From Caldilineales bacterium (GTDB lineage Bacteria; Chloroflexota; Anaerolineae; JAAEKA01): a DNA stretch of 64,000 nucleotides. The stretch spans positions 141,883 through 205,882 of the forward strand of contig JAWKOJ010000007.1 in NCBI GenBank assembly GCA_041391245.1. Reading direction: 5' to 3'. Position 1 is the first letter of the stretch. Each line of letters opens with the position of its first letter. The position numbers and the translations under genes are program-made. This document shows positions 15,919 through 25,484 of this stretch, piece by piece. The notes under the pieces were generated by a model. That model did no database searches. It was not told the origin of the DNA and was given only the letters and a program-made list of their open reading frames with translations.

Positions 15919-18900
15919 TCAGAACTCAGAATTCGCTAGGGACACCACCACTCGAAACCCGACGTCGTAGCCGAAGCCGTCAGGAACGCCCCCGTAGCGG
16001 TACGCGCAACGAGCGAACCTTTGTTCTAAATACCAGGATCCGCCGCGCACGATGCGCAGGTCGGGGCCGGCCAGCGTCTCGCGGCCGTCGGCGGGGTCGT
16101 AGGGGTAGCCGTAGTCCGGCCTGGCCGTTTTGCCGCCCCACTTGCTGCGGGTCCACTCATAGACGTTGCCTGCCATGTCCAGCAGGCCATGCGCGCTGCG
16201 GCCGTCGGGGAAGAGGCCCACCGGGCTGGTCTGCTCCAGGCCGGCCTCCTCCGTGGCCCGTCACTCCTGCCAGCCGCCTTACCACGGCCACGCCGGCCGT
16301 CGCCGCTAACGCTCCGCCTTCTCCCACTCGGCCTCGCTGGGCAGATGCGCACCGGTAGCCGGGCGGGATGGCGACGGACTGGTCCGCGACCCGCAGCACG
16401 CCGCCGGACGCCCGCAGCCGGCCGTCCAGCCACCTGCACCAGGCCAGCGCCTCGTACCACGAAACGCCCACCACCGGCCGGTTGGCCGCGCCCCACCTGG
16501 GGTCGTCCCACCACCAGGGCTTCTTGCGCTTGTCAACGGTTCGATCTGCCAGCCAATCGGCGATGTCCTTGCGCAGATCCTCTGGCAGGTCGTCGTAGGG
16601 CGACAGGTCGGGATCCGCTCCGTTGCGCCAGGCCCAGCCTTCGTCTGTCCAGTAGTCCGGGTTGTCGTAGCCGTCCCCCTCGACGAAGGGGCGGAACTGG
16701 GCGTTGGTCACCGGAGTAGCGCGCCACGAAGTACAGCGGCAGGTCCACCCGGTGGGCGTCCCGCTCATCGTCCCAGGCCATATCCGTCGCTCTCGTCGCT
16801 TCCCATGGTGAAGGCCCGGCCGGATGGCCTGCCCAGTCGATGTCAGGCAGCGGCGACAGCCCATCCACCAGGCCGACGCCGGGCCAGGTCGCCCAGCTTG
16901 CCCAGGGCATCGCCGGCCCGCGAACTCGCCGGCCGTCAGGCGGCCGCCTTCGACCAGACGGACCAGCCAGTAACGGATGGCGCCCAGCAGGTCGCCGTAG
17001 TCCTGTCCCTCGCGAACCCGGTCCGCCAGCCGCAGCTCGGCGGCTGCCTCGCCACCAGCCCCACCATGCGCCAGCCAGCTCGTTGCGGCTCCCTGGCCGG
17101 ATTGAGGGGCGCTTAGCTCCTTCGGGAGCGTACCGCCGCTGCCGATGCCGCCGCACCCGTGGGCAGCAACAAGATCTCGCGCCACCAGTCCATGTCCTCG
17201 TCTTCAGCTCCTGAGGCGCTGGTAGAAGTCGGTCTGGTCGAACAGGTAGCTGGCGGCCAGGTATTCCTGGAAGGAGCGGTGCGGAAAGGCGTAAACCTCC
17301 TCCCGGCGTGGGATCAGCAGCCCCGCCCGATGGTGGAGATATTCCAGCAGCGTGTCCGGCGCCACCTTGCCCAGCAGCGGTTTGAAGGCCCACAAGACCC
17401 GTTCCACGGGGATGTCGGCCGGCGCGTCGCGTCCCTCGGCGTCCTGGCGTTGGCGTTCCTGGGCGTCGGCCAGCTTGTTGAGCGCCGTGCGCAGCGGGCC
17501 TTCGCCTGTCTCCAGCACCTGTAGAATCCCCGGCTCGACCACCGGCTGGCCGCCAGGGCCGACCGCCTCGCGCGCCCGCTGCCAGCGGGAGAGCAACAGG
17601 CTGACCGACTGCTCGTACAGATCGGCCCGATCCTCGGGCAGCTGACCGCGACTGGAGTGCAAGGTCGCCATCAGCGTCAGCAGCAAAGGCGAAGGTGGCC
17701 AGGTCGGCCAGATAGGGCGCTCCACCAGAGCCTCCTGCAGATCTGGCCCTTCTTGCGCGCCGTCTCCTCGCTCCACCCCATGGCCGGACGCACCGCCTGC
17801 TGCCAGCGCCCGATGAAGCGCCTGCTGTTCTTCATTGAAAGGCGCCAGGGCAGGGTCGTGAAGGCCTCCAGCCGCCACTGCGGATCGGCGTAGGCGTAGG
17901 GGCGGGCGGTGACCGAAATCGTCCGGTGTCTGCGAGGCAGCGTGGCCGCCATTCCGGCCACTGCTTCCAGCGAAGGGTATGGCGGCAGCGGCCGGCCTCC
18001 GGCGCTTCGTCCAGGCCGTCCAGCAGCACCAGTCCGCCTTCCTGGCACAGCCGCCGCTGGACCTCCGGCAGCAGCAGCGCCGCGGCCAGTTGGCCAGAGC
18101 GCGTGCCAATATCCGCTTCAGCGCCTGCCACAGCATGCCGGCATCGCCGCGGCGGGCGTCAGCCGGGATGTGCTCGGCCGCCACACTCGCGCGGGATCGG
18201 GCGCGACAGCCGGCCCTGCAGGATGTCGGGCAGAAGGCCGGTCTGCCGGAGCGGTCGGGGTCGGCCAGCAGGTAGCTCAGATGGTTGACGAAGGTGGTCT
18301 TGCCGCTGCCGGCGTCGCCCACCAGGACCGAGCGCGGCTCGCTGGCCAACGCTGCCAACGCAGGCACGCGGCCGCCTGCTTCACCCAGGCCGCGCACCAG
18401 CCGCAGCGCCCAGCCGCGCTCGGTCTCCGCCTCTCTGGGCGCCGAGGGGATCACATCCAGGTCCACGTAGACATCGGGCAGCGGAATGGTCTGTTGTTCG
18501 CCGGTTCCCAGCCACTTGGCGTCGATGACGCCCAGCGGCGAACGGCGACAGTCGGCCGCCAGCCACTGGTAGTAAGCGTGCAACAGCGTATCCACCGGCG
18601 CCAGCTCGGGCGCAAGTCGTTGGCGCTCGCCAGAAACGTTGATCACGATAAGACCGTTTGCGTCGCCGCCGACGATGAACGAGCCATCGGCCAGCGTTGC
18701 CATCACCTTGTCGCGCCCGACGAACTCGCGCGCTGAAACATTGCCGGCCACCAGAGACCCGCCGCCGGTATTGATCTGAAGTGCTGCAGTTGAGCCTCAC
18801 TGCGGCGCAGCGACTCGCACCTCGCCGGCGCCGGCTGCCGCCAGGAGGCTGGCAATGAGGTCACCGCACCCGCTGCAAATTGCTGCGCAGCGTGTCGAGA

Positions 18901-18920
18901 TCGATGGGCAAGTTTGTCAT
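15919..18920 (-). CDS. DGR target 2: STAND/NACHT-type NTPase with C-terminal FGE-sulfatase-fold domain; heavily frame-disrupted (at least 10 breaks), possibly a pseudogene
   Basis: ATG at 18920 (MTNLPIDLDTLRSNLQ). Recognisable pieces include VLVGDAGSGKTTF, LVLLDGLDE, SPLLLTLMATLH, FPHRSFQEYLAA, ARYPVTNAQFRPF, VVGVSWYEALAW, PSEAEWEKA and GNVYEWT...ARCAYR...GFRVV, scattered over all three frames. Confidence 0.7.
15940..16014 (-). repeat. DGR variable repeat VR2 (3' end of target 2)
   Basis: Aligns without gaps to TR 14246..14320. There are 14 differences, all at TR coding-strand adenines. Confidence 0.9.
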
Positions 18921-18997
18921 TGTCGCCTACCTTTCTGGCAGTCGGCTTAACCCAAAACTTCGCAACTCGCCGGTTCTGCGTAACACTGGTCACCAGG

Positions 18998-20302
18998 CTA
19001 ACCATTCTCTAGCTCCGCGCCCAGGCTTGCCAGCATGCGCTCGAAGCCGGGGAAGCTGTCGGCGATGCAGCCGGTGTCCTCGACCAGCACCGGACCGTCG
19101 GCCGCCAGCCCGGCTACGACCAGCGCCATGGCCAGGCGGTGGTCCCCGTGGCTGTTGACCGGCGCGCTGCGCAGCCTGGTCGGACCCTCGACCACGAAGC
19201 CATCGGGCCGCTCCTCGATCTGTGCCCCCAGGGTACGCAGCTCGGCCACCACTGTCGCGATGCGGTCGGTCTCCTTGACGCGCAGCTCGGCCGCGTCGCG
19301 CACGACGGTGCGACCAGTTGCCTGGGTGGCCAGCACCGCGATCACCGGCAGCTCGTCGATCAGGCGCGGGATCAGCGCGCCGCCGATCTCTGCGCCGCGC
19401 AGCTGGCCGGGCTGCACGACCAGGTCGGCTACCGGCTCGCCGGCCTCGTCGCGCAGGTTATCGGCGCGCACCGCGCCGCCCATCTGCGCCACGATGTCGA
19501 GAATGCCGGTGCGGGTCGGGTTGACGCCCACAGCCTCCAGGGTGACGTGGCCGCCGGGCGCCAGCAGCGCCGCGGCCAACAAGAACGCGGCCGAGGAGAT
19601 GTCGCCCGGCACGGTGATGTCCAGCGGCAGGAGCGGGCGCTTGGGTCGTTCGCTCGCGATGACCTGGCCGACCCGGCCCGCCTGCGCGCCCATCGCAGTC
19701 AGCATCCGTTCGGTGTGGTCGCGGGTCGGCGCCGGCTCGCGCACGACAGCCAGCCCGTTGCTGTAGAGGCCGGCCAGCAGGATGGCCGACTTGACCTGCG
19801 CGCTGGCTACCGGCATGGCGTAGTCGACGCCGCTCAGCGGGTGTCCTTGAATGGCCAGCGGCGCCTGCCTGCCGCCCTGCCGTCCGTGAATGGTCGCGCC
19901 CATCAGTCGCAGCGGTTCTACGATGCGGCCCATGGGACGACGGGTCAGTTGCGCACTGCCGTCGAGGATGCTGAAGAACGCCTGGCCGGCCAGCAGGCCG
20001 GCCAGCAGGCGCATGGTCGTGCCGGAGTTGACGCAGTCCAGCGGGCGCGCCGGCTCCTGCCAGCCGTGCAGTCCGGCGCCGTCGATGCGCAGTTCGGTCG
20101 TGGCTGGCTGGTCGATGGTCACGCCCAGCGATCGCAGCACACCGACGGTTGCCAGGCAGTCGCCGCCGGGCAGGAAGTTGCGGATGCGGCTCTCGCCCTC
20201 GGCCAGCGACGCAAACATGGCGGCGCGGTGCGAGATCGACTTGTCGCCGGGGACGCGGGCGGTACCGAGAAGTTCCTGGGCAGGATGGATGATGAGGTTC
20301 AT
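18998..20302 (-). CDS. aroA: 3-phosphoshikimate 1-carboxyvinyltransferase (EPSP synthase)
   Basis: 434 aa. Contains VPGDKSISHRAAMFASLAEG, NSGTTMRLL and DHRLAMA. Confidence 0.92.
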   Translation of the reverse strand: MNLIIHPAQELLGTARVPGDKSISHRAAMFASLAEGESRIRNFLPGGDCLATVGVLRSLGVTIDQPATTELRIDGAGLHGWQEPARPLDCVNSGTTMRLLAGLLAGQAFFSILDGSAQLTRRPMGRIVEPLRLMGATIHGRQGGRQAPLAIQGHPLSGVDYAMPVASAQVKSAILLAGLYSNGLAVVREPAPTRDHTERMLTAMGAQAGRVGQVIASERPKRPLLPLDITVPGDISSAAFLLAAALLAPGGHVTLEAVGVNPTRTGILDIVAQMGGAVRADNLRDEAGEPVADLVVQPGQLRGAEIGGALIPRLIDELPVIAVLATQATGRTVVRDAAELRVKETDRIATVVAELRTLGAQIEERPDGFVVEGPTRLRSAPVNSHGDHRLAMALVVAGLAADGPVLVEDTGCIADSFPGFERMLASLGAELENG

Positions 20303-20373
20303 GGGACTCGTGATGCGTGAAGGATGAAACGTGATGCTTATTGCGTCGAGGTGACTGTCACCTGGATGGCGGG

Positions 20374-21276
20374 CTATGCCCCGTGTTGATCGATGAAAGC
20401 CTGCCGGCGCGCCTGGATCGATTGCAGCGCTTGGCGCAGGGCCTGGTCGTCGTCACCGGCAACCAGGCTGGCAAGCTGGTCGAGCTGGCTGCGCAGCCGG
20501 TCGATGTGTTCCAAAACGGCCGCCCGGTTGCTGTGCAGGATGTCGGCCATCATCAGTGGATCGCTGCCGGCCAGCCGGGTTGTGGAACGAAAGCCGCCCG
20601 CGGCCAGTTGCCAGATTGTTTCGTCGCCATCCGCCTGCTCAGCAGCAGCCGCGAAAAGAGCCGCTGATGCGAGATAGGGAACGTGGCTGATGGCGGCCGC
20701 CAGCCGGTCGTGGCGCAGCGGGTCCAGCTCCAGCGGGCACGCGCCGATTGCCTGCGCCAGTGCGGCCGCCAGCGCGGTTGCCTGCGGCTGCGTGCCCGGC
20801 AACGGACAGAGGATGAACGGGGCATCGCGGTAGAGACTGCTTTCGGCGACGTCCAGCCCGGAGGTTTCCTTGCCGCACATGGGATGGCCGCCGACCGGCT
20901 GCACACTGGCTGGCAGCCGCGCCATGGCGTCGCAAATGGCGGCCTTGGTGCTGCCCATGTCGGTGAGCACGACGCCGTCGCGCAATCTGCCCTGCCTGGC
21001 CAGCGCGCCGACTTCCCCGATCTGGCGCAGGATGATGCTCACCGGTGTCGCCAGGACGATCAGGTCCGCGTTGCCGGCCGCGCTGAGATCGCTCGCGCCG
21101 TCATCGATTGCGCCGATGGCCAGCGCCTGCTCAACCGTTTCGGCGCGGCGGGCGATGCCAAGCACACTTTGCACACGGCCGCGCAGCGCCAGCCCCAGCG
21201 ATCCGCCCATCAGTCCCAAACCGGCTATTGCCACCGTGCAGCCGGCCAGGGGTTTGTCGTATGCGAAGCTACTCAA
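20374..21276 (-). CDS. tyrA: Prephenate/arogenate dehydrogenase
   Basis: An N-terminal GxGxxG (IAGLGLMGGSLGLAL) precedes the prephenate dehydrogenase core (GGHPMCGKE). Confidence 0.8.
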   Translation of the reverse strand: MSSFAYDKPLAGCTVAIAGLGLMGGSLGLALRGRVQSVLGIARRAETVEQALAIGAIDDGASDLSAAGNADLIVLATPVSIILRQIGEVGALARQGRLRDGVVLTDMGSTKAAICDAMARLPASVQPVGGHPMCGKETSGLDVAESSLYRDAPFILCPLPGTQPQATALAAALAQAIGACPLELDPLRHDRLAAAISHVPYLASAALFAAAAEQADGDETIWQLAAGGFRSTTRLAGSDPLMMADILHSNRAAVLEHIDRLRSQLDQLASLVAGDDDQALRQALQSIQARRQAFIDQHGA

Positions 21277-21312
21277 GGTTGTCCTTTGTTGGGAGCAAAC
21301 GGCAAACGATCA

Positions 21313-22326
21313 CTAAAGCGTCCGCCCCACCGCCTCGGCGACCAGGCGCGTCTCACGCACCAGTTGGGCAAAGCGCTCCGGTTTTAGGCTCTGCGCGCCA
21401 TCCGACAGGGCGTGTTCCGGGTCGTGATGAACTTCGATGATCAGGCCGTCAGCGCCGGCTGCCACCAGCGCCCTGGCGACCGGCGCCACCAGCGCCCATT
21501 TGCCGGTGCCGTGGCTGGGGTCGCCGATGACCGGCAGATGCGTCAGTTGCTTCAGCGCCGGAATGGCGTTGATGTCGGTGGTGTTGCGGGTGTAGGTCTC
21601 GAAGGTGCGGATGCCGCGCTCGCACAGCATGACGTTGTAGTTGCCGGCCGACATGATGTACTCGGCCGACATCAGCAGCTCCTCGATGGTGCTCATCATG
21701 CCGCGCTTCAGCAACACCGGCCGGCTGGACGCGCCAACTGCCAGCAGCAGGGCGTAGTTCTGCATATTGCGGGCACCGATCTGCAGAATGTCGGCGTATT
21801 CGGCCACCAGGTCCACCTTGTCGGGCGCCATCACCTCGGTGACGATGGCCAGCCCGGTCTGCTCGCGCGCTTCGGCCAATATCTCCAGGCCTTCGACGCC
21901 CAGCCCCTGGAACGAGTAGGGCGACGAGCGCGGCTTGTAGGCGCCGCCGCGCAGGATGGTCGCGCCGGCTTCCTTGACCGCGTGGGCCGCCTCCAGCAAC
22001 TGGCCGCGGCTCTCGACGCTGCACGGCCCGGCCATCATCGCCAGCTGACGGCTGCCGATCCTGGTGGTTCCCACATCGACGACGGTGTTTTCCCGCCGCC
22101 ACTCGCGGCTGGCCAACTTGTACTGCGGCAGAATCGAGATCGTCTTCTCGACTCCGTCCATCAACTCGAACGTGGCCGGCTCCAGCGTGCGCTCGTCGCC
22201 GATGACGCCGATGATGGTGCGCTCGGTTCCCTGGCTCAGATGCGCCTTGAATCCCAACTCGTCGATGCGGTTGGTGACGTGCTCAACCTCGGCAAGCGCT
22301 GCACCGGCTTTCATGACTATGATCAT
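21313..22326 (-). CDS. aroF: 3-deoxy-7-phosphoheptulonate (DAHP) synthase, type I-beta with an N-terminal regulatory domain, paralogue 1
   Basis: 337 aa. Contains [42 protein letters not shown] and DPSHGTG. Confidence 0.9.
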   Translation of the reverse strand: MIIVMKAGAALAEVEHVTNRIDELGFKAHLSQGTERTIIGVIGDERTLEPATFELMDGVEKTISILPQYKLASREWRRENTVVDVGTTRIGSRQLAMMAGPCSVESRGQLLEAAHAVKEAGATILRGGAYKPRSSPYSFQGLGVEGLEILAEAREQTGLAIVTEVMAPDKVDLVAEYADILQIGARNMQNYALLLAVGASSRPVLLKRGMMSTIEELLMSAEYIMSAGNYNVMLCERGIRTFETYTRNTTDINAIPALKQLTHLPVIGDPSHGTGKWALVAPVARALVAAGADGLIIEVHHDPEHALSDGAQSLKPERFAQLVRETRLVAEAVGRTL

Positions 22327-22535
22327 AGCATAACCTCGTGGTAGAGTCTGTGAAATTCTACATCAAGTGGTGGCATTTGGCGGAAAGCTGGGAGACGTAG
22401 TGCGTACTGCGTAATGCGTAGCTGGTGACCGGCTCGTAAAGTGCCGTGGGTGTGTAAAGAAAACAGCGGTCCACTGATAGCGCGGACACCGCAGAGGCAC
22501 CCAGACCCACCAACACACAATACGCACTACGCTGC

Positions 22536-23549
22536 TCATAGCTCCCGCCCCAACGCCCCTGCCAACGCCTTCAACTCGCGCATCATCTGGGCGAAGCGCT
22601 CCGGCTTCAGGCTTTGCGGACCGTCCGACGTCGCTTCCTCGGGTCGGGGATGCACCTCGATGATCAGGCCGTCCGCGCCGCAGGCGACCGCAGCCTTGGC
22701 CATCGGCGCCACCAGATCCCAGCGGCCGGTGCCGTGGCTGGGGTCGCCGATGACAGGCAGGTGGCTGAGCTGCTTGAGCAGCGGCACGGCGTTCAGGTCG
22801 AAGGTGTTGCGGGTCATCGGCTCAAAGGTGCGGATGCCGCGCTCGCACAACATCACCCGGTAGTTGCCGTTGGACATGATGTACTCAGCCGACATCAACA
22901 GCTCCTGGATGGTGCTCATCATGCCGCGCTTGAGCAGCACCGGCCGCTGGGTCCGTCCCACCGCGTTCAGCAGGCCGTAGTTCTGCATGTTGCGCGCCCC
23001 GATCTGCAGGATGTCCGCGTACTGGCTGACCATCGGGACCGCGTCGGGCGTCATCACCTCGGTGATGATCTTGAGACCGGTGGCCTCGCGCGCTTCGGCC
23101 AGCAGCTCCAGTCCCTTCAGCCCCATGCCCTGGAAGGAATAGGGGGAAGTGCGCGGCTTGAAGGCGCCGCCGCGCAGGATGCGCGCGCCGGCCTCCTTGA
23201 CCGCCTGGGCTGTCTCGATCAGTTGGCTGCGGCTCTCGACGCTGCACGGACCGGCCATCACCACCAGCTTGTTCCCGCCGATGGTGGTGCCGTTGAGGGC
23301 GATCACCGTGTCCTCGGGCATGGTCTGGCGGCTGGCCAGCTTGAACTGGTGCCCGATGCGGGTGACGGTTTCGACGCCGGGCATCTGCAGGAACACCTCC
23401 GGCTCGACCTTGACCGCTTCGCCCACCACCGCGATCACCGTGTGCATCTCCCCGTAGATCGGGTGCGGCGTCAGGTCAAGCTCCTCGACCCGGGCAATGA
23501 GCGAGCCGATCTCGGCGGCCGTGGCCCCTTTTTTCATGACGACGATCAT
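22536..23549 (-). CDS. aroF: DAHP synthase, type I-beta with an N-terminal regulatory domain, paralogue 2
   Basis: 337 aa with the same catalytic motifs as paralogue 1. The N-terminal 90 aa or so are much more diverged than the barrel. Confidence 0.9.
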   Translation of the reverse strand: MIVVMKKGATAAEIGSLIARVEELDLTPHPIYGEMHTVIAVVGEAVKVEPEVFLQMPGVETVTRIGHQFKLASRQTMPEDTVIALNGTTIGGNKLVVMAGPCSVESRSQLIETAQAVKEAGARILRGGAFKPRTSPYSFQGMGLKGLELLAEAREATGLKIITEVMTPDAVPMVSQYADILQIGARNMQNYGLLNAVGRTQRPVLLKRGMMSTIQELLMSAEYIMSNGNYRVMLCERGIRTFEPMTRNTFDLNAVPLLKQLSHLPVIGDPSHGTGRWDLVAPMAKAAVACGADGLIIEVHPRPEEATSDGPQSLKPERFAQMMRELKALAGALGREL

Positions 23550-23660
23550 GGGATTACCTGCCTTTTGTTGGTTTGCTGATGGCAGATAGCAGATGGCTGA
23601 TTGCCGATGCCAGGGAGTAAGCGTGCTATCGGCTATCGGCCATACGCCATACGCAGTCTG

Positions 23661-24977
23661 CTAGATCTGCAGCATCTCGCGCTGCCCCGCATCGCCGTTC
23701 TCCGCCGGCATCTCGGCCGCGGGATAGGAGCCGAGGTGCTTGACAAAGGCCGCACGCGTCAGCAGGCCAACCATCGCCTGCTGGCAGCCGGGATCCTGCC
23801 AGTGGCCGTCGAAGTCGAGGTAGAAGACGTAGTGCCACGGGCGGTTGCGCCGCGGCCGGCTTTCGATCTTGGTCAGGTTGATGCCGCGGCTGGAGAATTC
23901 GTTGAGGCACGCCACCAGCGACCCCGGTTCGTGGGTCACCGCGAACACCAGCGATGTCTTGGCGTTGCCGCTGACCGGCGGATCGCCGCGGCCGACAACG
24001 AAGAAGCGGGTGTAGTTCCAGGTCAGGTCCTCGATGCCGCTGGCGAGAATCTCCAGCCCGTATGTTGTCGCGGCCAGGCTGCTGGCGATGACGGCCACAC
24101 CCGACTCCGGCGACGCTGCCAGCTCCTTGGCGCTGCCGGCGGTGTCGTACCAGGTGACCGCCTTGAGGCCGCGCTGGTTGATCCAGCGTTCACACTGCGC
24201 CAGCGCCTGCGGATGCGAGCGCACCGTGGTGATGTCCTGCAAGGCGGTGCCGGGCGGCGCCATCAGATTATGGCGCACCCGCAGCAACACCTCGCCCCAG
24301 ACACGCAGGTCGCGCTCCAGCAGCAGGTCGAAGGCACGGTTGATGGAGCCGGCCACCGAGTTCTCCACCGGCAGCACGCCGAAGTCCGCCTCCCGGGACT
24401 CGACGGCCGCGAAGATGCCCTCGAAGGCGTAACACGGCAGGGACGCCACCTCCTGGCCGAAATGCTGGAACACAGCTTGCTCCGAGTAGGCTCCGTGCTC
24501 GCCCTGAAACGCTACGACGCTCATTCTTTTCTCCTTCTTGGCGGACTTCTGATTCCGCCATGTGGTAACCTGGCGCTCGATCCAGCCTTCCAGCTCGTTG
24601 TCGTTGACCGGAGGCAGCTCCGCCTTGTCCGGCCGCAGATTGCGCGCGCCCCGCAGGTAGACGTGTACCACGTCGTGCCCGGGCGTGTCGGTGTTCCAGT
24701 TGACCAGCACCCGGATGCAGCGCGGCAGCCCGCCCGGCACATCCATCTCGTGGCCGCACAGCAGCGCCGTGTCCAGCCAGCCCAGCTGGCGGGCGGCCAG
24801 CGCAGGGTACTCGGCGGTCAGGTCGCGCGTCGTCGAGAAGATGATGCTGGCCACATCGTCTGGGCGAATGCCGTTGAGGTGGATCATCAACGCCAGCAGG
24901 CGGCGCGTCTCGCGCAGGATCGCTTCAGGTGTGTTCTCGTCGGCGGTAGTGGCGCCGCGGACGCCTCGACTGGGCAT
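23661..24977 (-). CDS. pheA: Bifunctional AroH-type chorismate mutase / prephenate dehydratase (with C-terminal ACT domain)
   Basis: ATG at 24977 follows GGAGG. The N-terminal 120 aa or so match AroH-class CM ([11 protein letters not shown]..., [22 protein letters not shown]). PDT follows ([18 protein letters not shown]), then ACT (ESRP...PWHYVFYLD). Confidence 0.85.
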   Translation of the reverse strand: MPSRGVRGATTADENTPEAILRETRRLLALMIHLNGIRPDDVASIIFSTTRDLTAEYPALAARQLGWLDTALLCGHEMDVPGGLPRCIRVLVNWNTDTPGHDVVHVYLRGARNLRPDKAELPPVNDNELEGWIERQVTTWRNQKSAKKEKRMSVVAFQGEHGAYSEQAVFQHFGQEVASLPCYAFEGIFAAVESREADFGVLPVENSVAGSINRAFDLLLERDLRVWGEVLLRVRHNLMAPPGTALQDITTVRSHPQALAQCERWINQRGLKAVTWYDTAGSAKELAASPESGVAVIASSLAATTYGLEILASGIEDLTWNYTRFFVVGRGDPPVSGNAKTSLVFAVTHEPGSLVACLNEFSSRGINLTKIESRPRRNRPWHYVFYLDFDGHWQDPGCQQAMVGLLTRAAFVKHLGSYPAAEMPAENGDAGQREMLQI

Positions 24978-25059
24978 AGGGCCTCCGGATGATGCTGTAC
25001 CTGTTCGCGCTGCGGCTCGGTCGGACACCGGCCGCAGCGCGCAGGGCGTCTGGTTGCAC

Positions 25060-25087
25060 AAAAAAACGTGGAGCCTTGCGCTCCACG
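25060..25087 (-). terminator. Intrinsic terminator inside the aroH-pheA 5' leader (attenuator)
   Basis: Minus strand: cgtggagc-gcaag-gctccacg followed by ttttttt. It lies 83 nt upstream of the pheA ATG and 30 nt after the leader-ORF stop. Confidence 0.7.
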
Positions 25088-25117
25088 CTCTTGTCGGTCG
25101 GATCGGAAGTTTCCTGG

Positions 25118-25288
25118 TCAGGACACCGGTGCAGACTGGGCGTGAAGCGCGCGTGTTGATCCCGCAAAGTAGTAGGAAAAATAAAAACCGCACCAGGACA
25201 GGTCCAGGCGCGGGCGCGGAATCGAAGTGACGCTCTCCACAAGAGAGTGGCTATGTTGGTGTCGATGGGCGATCAAACGGGTGTGCAT
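25118..25288 (-). CDS. Candidate aromatic-rich leader peptide (56 codons; W32-C-G-F-Y-F-S-Y-Y-F41)
   Basis: ATG at 25288 with GAGGA 11 nt upstream. Codons at 25195..25166 are TGG TGC GGT TTT TAT TTT TCC TAC TAC TTT. The TGA at 25120-25118 sits between the predicted promoter and the terminator. Confidence 0.45.
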   Translation of the reverse strand: MHTRLIAHRHQHSHSLVESVTSIPRPRLDLSWCGFYFSYYFAGSTRALHAQSAPVS

Positions 25289-25314
25289 GTGACAGGAGTT
25301 CCTCAAGCAGCGAG

Positions 25315-25344
25315 ATGGTAACACAACCGGTCGAGGCTGTCAAA
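25315..25344 (-). promoter_or_regulatory. Sigma70-like promoter of the aromatic operon leader
   Basis: Minus strand: TTGACA (25344-25339), a 17-nt spacer, then TACCAT (25320-25315), with TGT immediately upstream of the -10. Confidence 0.45.
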
Positions 25345-25411
25345 TGAAATGGGTGTGCTCAAGATGAGGTGGCATCCGAGACTTCGGAAGCCACCGGCTG
25401 AATTCGTCAAT

Positions 25412-25441
25412 TTGGCTACCAGGCAGTGTCTCTGTTAAAAT
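25412..25441 (+). promoter_or_regulatory. Possible divergent promoter for the MCM small-subunit gene
   Basis: TTGGCT (25412-25417), an 18-nt spacer, then TAAAAT (25436-25441), preceded by TGT. Confidence 0.35.
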
Positions 25442-25484
25442 GCCGCTATCGTGCATAGACGCGCTAGCCAACGGAGATACCCCC

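Larger units (their letters stand above)
10921..18920 (-). mobile_element. Diversity-generating retroelement locus: target2(VR2) - RT - avd - TR - target1(VR1)
   Basis: A DGR-type RT, an Avd-like four-helix protein, and a 75-nt TR matching two VRs with adenine-only differences. All are on the minus strand. Confidence 0.9.

Noticed and set aside
16261-16281. Apparent in-frame TGA and TAA codons inside the FGE domain of target 2, which might hint at recoding or an alternative genetic code.
   Set aside because: All other genes use standard stops. Nearby double frameshifts produce the same appearance elsewhere in this gene (for example at about 17204). Sequence error or decay is simpler.
24978-25193. 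The ORF-track extension of the pheA ORF to 25193 ([11 protein letters not shown]...).
   Set aside because: It runs through the leader terminator and has no ribosome-binding site. The ATG at 24977 follows GGAGG, and the AroH domain starts there. The Phe-rich start is the T-rich tract read in another frame.
25177-25213. The hairpin plus U-run in the leader, read as an independent terminator of a separate small RNA.
   Set aside because: It lies inside the candidate leader ORF, and its U tract is the Phe/Tyr codon run. I kept it as part of the attenuator hypothesis rather than as a separate gene.
24978-25310. Considered whether the pheA leader was a T-box riboswitch.
   Set aside because: I could not find the T-box sequence (…GGUGGUACCGCG…) or a convincing specifier-loop architecture. 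The leader-peptide model explains the features better.
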